Assembly: GCA_964541305.1 (NCBI GenBank)
Contig: CAZIPE010000006.1
Location: 1,957 to 65,956, forward strand
Direction of reading: 5' to 3'
Length of the DNA: 64,000 nucleotides
Origin: an uncultured Candidatus Saccharibacteria bacterium
Lineage (GTDB): Bacteria; Patescibacteriota; Saccharimonadia; Saccharimonadales; UBA7683
Below are positions 62,001 to 64,000 of this stretch, one piece after another (the first letter of the stretch is position 1; each line of letters begins with the position of its first letter). The notes under the pieces were generated by a model. It did not search any database. It had not been told where the DNA came from and saw only the letters and a program-made list of their open reading frames with translations. Made by a program: the position numbers and the translations under genes.

Positions 62001-63993
62001 TGAAGGATATAGCATCTTCGAACATACCAGCACCGTACCCCCATGCATTCATGTGCTCAAGGGCACTAGTATCCCAGCTACCTATGTTTCCGTTGAATGC
62101 GGTGGCACCTGCGAACATGCCACTCATATCAGTAACGCTGCTCGTATCCCAATTGTTTAAGGGTTGGTTGAATGCAGTTGCACCAGTAAACATCCCCCCC
62201 ATGCTAGTAACCTTACTCGTATCCCAATTGTTCAAGGGCTGGTTGAAGGCGGTGGCGCCAGAGCCCGAAGGATAGCTCAATGAACCAAACATCTGCAACA
62301 TATCGGTAACGCTACTTGTATCCCAGCTGTTTATATTCTGGTTGAAGCTAGTAGCCCCAGAGAACATCCTGCTCATACTAGTAACGCTACTTGTATCCCA
62401 GCTGTTTATATTCTGATTGAAGCTAGTAGCCCCAAAGAACATATACCTCATCGAGGTAACACTACTCGTGTTCCAGGTGTTCAAGGGCTGGTTGAAGGAG
62501 GTGGCGCCTGCAAACATGCCATTCCAGCTGTCCCACTCCTCGGTCCCATTAAAGGCTGTTACTTTACTGGTGTCCCATGAGCTGATGTCACTATTGAAAG
62601 CAGTTGCACTATTGAACATACCACTCATACTAACCACGTTACTTGTGTTCCAGGTGTTCAAGGGCTGGTTGAATACAGCTGTATCTGCAAATGTTCTACT
62701 CATGTCAACAACACTACTCGTATCCCAGTTGTTGAGGGGCTGATCGAAAGCGGTGGCGCCTGCGAACATGTTACTTAAGTTGGTTACGTTACCAGTGTTC
62801 CAGGTATTCAGTGGTTGGTTGAAGGATGTGGCGCCTTGAAACATACTAGCCATACCGACTACACTGCTCGTATCCCACGTACTCAGATCTTGGTTGAAGC
62901 TAGTAGCACCCGCAAATACCGAACTCATGTACTGCACATTACTCGTATCCCAGTTGTTCAAGGGTTGGTTGAAGGATGTGGCGCCTGTGAACATTGAGTC
63001 TAGACTTACAACATTACTCACATCCCAGTTGTTAATATTGTCGTTAAAGTTTGTGTTGTCTGCGAATGCCCCTCCTAAGTTGGTTCCGTTCGATAGATTA
63101 GGGGTGTCAGTGGCGGTAATATGCATATTTGTGGCGCCACCCAAATACATGTGTTCCCATGGTGTATTGCCCCACTGCTGTATCTCGAGGATCTTCTTGG
63201 AATCGTTCCATACAGTGTTTCCGTAGGTTTCGTAATGAACTCTGGTGAGTAATCCTGAAATTGCTACGGTATAGATACCGGCAACGGGGTATGTACACGT
63301 AATACCATAGTAGCCGCTTTGATTTGTGAATTCCCAGGTACCATCGTTATCACAGTCTACATTGAAGTTCATATTGGCAGTCCAGTTAGCGGGGCTCGCA
63401 AGCACCATACCAATCACAAACTGGTTATTGCTGGAGTTGCCACCTGGGTTATCAGTTTTAACTAGCATTGCAAAAACATCACTTCCATGTGGACCACTAT
63501 ATGGCCCAGTAGCAAAGGCCGACCCAATGTGGCTCGAAATCATTAAGGCAACGAAAGAAAATACCGTTAGACCGTAGGCAACCCAATAAAACAATTGCCC
63601 CCAGTTATACCGTATTTTCGGAATCACTACCTTTTGTGCGTGATGTACTAATCCATAAGTTAATGCATAATCCTCTCGCTTCAGCAATTTCGCTTGCTGG
63701 TGATAATCTATCCAAAGATACAGAGTGGCACTTAGGAACAATAAAGCCAGTGTCAGCGCTATAATTCTAGCCCCACTAAGTAGCACTGGGATGTCCATAA
63801 TCACACTATTTACGACACGTCTTGCATCATAGTTTAGCGCGAGTATAAGCCAGGCAATAATACAAAATGCAACCGTAAGTACGGGAATGATAATTACCCA
63901 TACATTGGAGCCAAACGTTTGACGCCAAAAACTAACCAATTGTGCTTTTATTTTTTTGTTTTTTTGTTTCATAGCTTTTTTGCTATTTAGCAT
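59023..63993 (-). CDS. giant membrane sensor histidine kinase with a DUF285/BspA-like repeat ectodomain
   Basis: 1656 aa: 3 N-terminal TM helices, about 20 repeats of F.GAT.FNQ.L..W[DN]TS.V..M..MF, an FN3-like module and a DUF11-like module, a Pro/Asp linker, and a TM helix. Then comes an H-box ([10 protein letters not shown]), two more TM helices, and a C-terminal HATPase ([21 protein letters not shown]). Confidence 0.85.
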   Translation of the reverse strand: MLNSKKAMKQKNKKIKAQLVSFWRQTFGSNVWVIIIPVLTVAFCIIAWLILALNYDARRVVNSVIMDIPVLLSGARIIALTLALLFLSATLYLWIDYHQQAKLLKREDYALTYGLVHHAQKVVIPKIRYNWGQLFYWVAYGLTVFSFVALMISSHIGSAFATGPYSGPHGSDVFAMLVKTDNPGGNSSNNQFVIGMVLASPANWTANMNFNVDCDNDGTWEFTNQSGYYGITCTYPVAGIYTVAISGLLTRVHYETYGNTVWNDSKKILEIQQWGNTPWEHMYLGGATNMHITATDTPNLSNGTNLGGAFADNTNFNDNINNWDVSNVVSLDSMFTGATSFNQPLNNWDTSNVQYMSSVFAGATSFNQDLSTWDTSSVVGMASMFQGATSFNQPLNTWNTGNVTNLSNMFAGATAFDQPLNNWDTSSVVDMSRTFADTAVFNQPLNTWNTSNVVSMSGMFNSATAFNSDISSWDTSKVTAFNGTEEWDSWNGMFAGATSFNQPLNTWNTSSVTSMRYMFFGATSFNQNINSWDTSSVTSMSRMFSGATSFNQNINSWDTSSVTDMLQMFGSLSYPSGSGATAFNQPLNNWDTSKVTSMGGMFTGATAFNQPLNNWDTSSVTDMSGMFAGATAFNGNIGSWDTSALEHMNAWGYGAGMFEDAISFNQNINNWDVSGVTDMTKTFKNTTSFNSPVGSWDTSTVTSMSEMFSGATSFDQPLNTWNTGSVTKMSSMFSGATSFNQPLSDWNTSNVTIMAGMFAGATAFNQSLNTWNTGSVTDMSAMFMDTTSFNQSLSDWNTSNVTSMSYMFANATSFNQPMGDWDTSSVTSLGSTFAGAIAFNQNIGTLNVENVGYMWSIVSGSGISPETYDAILLGWSGQNLQSNIQLEVQDFMYCESEDERAYIIAEFDWYIVGDTRICSPQVATGGVQSLSQEVAEVSIAIISSDSAYAVVQYGLDDSYGNSVYPSSSSPGNQVVTIDNLDCGVTYHYRAYLENPRGAAYGEDATFTTPACLISDHSLSISLNNSEPVIAGDTAEYSLTVSNLGPDVSADYLILYILIPTVTTYQSATFTNNTIGSTCVNYGSISSFPYASFSSYEGSLVACGARPNPALAVGGSLSLQLKLTTTSDYVGGNTTLRGFVLGPQDSELDFFGSAIVGSAPIYSINSNNIFNHIYVVDEDTPDDPDPENPSDPNNPPASITNSGNAREGTPKDPPDPIEYLEEVANIGKAQNEKVAQQNKKRVASIAIITRNMSWILLVIMALFYAIQAYRQERQNHLLRAAEALLNQTIEGLSGFLHIVTHYLGTPITTMSLAIEALGKKSQVATGGLAVSVESLKVYVNNLVSELNTRTEPIKKQLESAGQIKTHRTSRWVVLPVLVSVGLLALSMALAAQSGRQEAWVSFNVLGLLLVVTGSLLTLLFFKFWQHQRQLNSNLKQTQVVAQSLLEDRVEFIASNQKELSAKVEEVRKYCEGISDPGFIKHFTSGANQLSSVSITFGHIANLLRTNKPAGTSHKAPISVGSDVAKFQSVASQAHIELSYEGAPHVVVPFTSQEFEFISSHLIDNALRFTPGGGRVYVSAKNKRRRFIMTVGDTGKGIDHKKISTLMQPFTRATSTETYDYEGLGLSLYTVRLIVEKYGGSVNIVSHEGKGTVVQITV
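61410..63140 (-). repeat. about 20 tandem coding repeats of roughly 75-80 nt (DUF285/BspA-like units)
   Basis: I counted 20 W[DN][TV][SG] cores in the translation. At the DNA level the repeats are diverged. Confidence 0.85.
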
Positions 63994-64000
63994 GCTAATT

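Noticed and set aside
61410-63140. Regularly spaced repeats that could be mistaken for a CRISPR array or satellite
   Set aside because: The repeats are contiguous, with no spacers. They are diverged at the DNA level but conserved at the protein level, and they lie in one long ORF, so they are coding DUF285/BspA-like repeats.
1-64000. tRNA, rRNA, tmRNA, transposase/IS or prophage genes
   Set aside because: I looked for T-loop-like GGTTCGAATCC-type motifs, rRNA-like conserved blocks, and integrase or transposase ORFs. None was found. Every long ORF is accounted for by housekeeping genes, the DGR or membrane proteins.

Overview
This is a gene-dense 64-kb window (roughly 90% coding, mostly minus strand) of housekeeping genes. 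It looks like a small-genome, monoderm-type CPR/Patescibacteria (Saccharibacteria-like) bacterium. That placement is an inference from gene content: class I LysRS, LCP and LPXTG wall proteins, INS-less ProRS, almost no biosynthesis, and short division and ribosomal genes. Genes recognised: murD (partial), secA, hpf, serS, a MacB-type ABC pair, a heliorhodopsin, lysK, greA, proS, proB, rseP, uppS, frr, tsf, rpsB, rpmE, prfA, prmC, htrA, an LCP protein, lepB, parAB, rplU, ileS, nrdJ, nrdR, ftsZ, ftsA, map, adk, rpsU, priA, def, fmt, infB, rpsA, a ROK kinase and a 1656-aa repeat-rich sensor kinase. The stand-out system is a complete diversity-generating retroelement (RT, Avd, TR, VR, 659-aa target) wedged between ftsA and ftsZ. 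All 17 TR/VR mismatches fall on TR adenines. The avd gene lies antisense inside the TR-to-RT spacer and overlaps the RT start head-to-head, which is not the canonical layout. Other points worth a second look: a T-box-like leader with an AUC specifier in a short terminal loop upstream of GNAT-ileS; a riboswitch-like structured region between nrdR and nrdJ plus tandem NrdR-box-like sites; attenuator-like leaders at proB-proS and rpsB; several apparently leaderless genes; a recurrent ATCTGTT box next to -10 elements; a perfect (CCACAG)x9 repeat in lepB; and a giant kinase with about 20 DUF285/BspA-like repeats and a duplicated H-box region. I saw no rRNA, tRNA, CRISPR array or transposase. All calls come from reading the sequence and from remembered family motifs; no searches were run.
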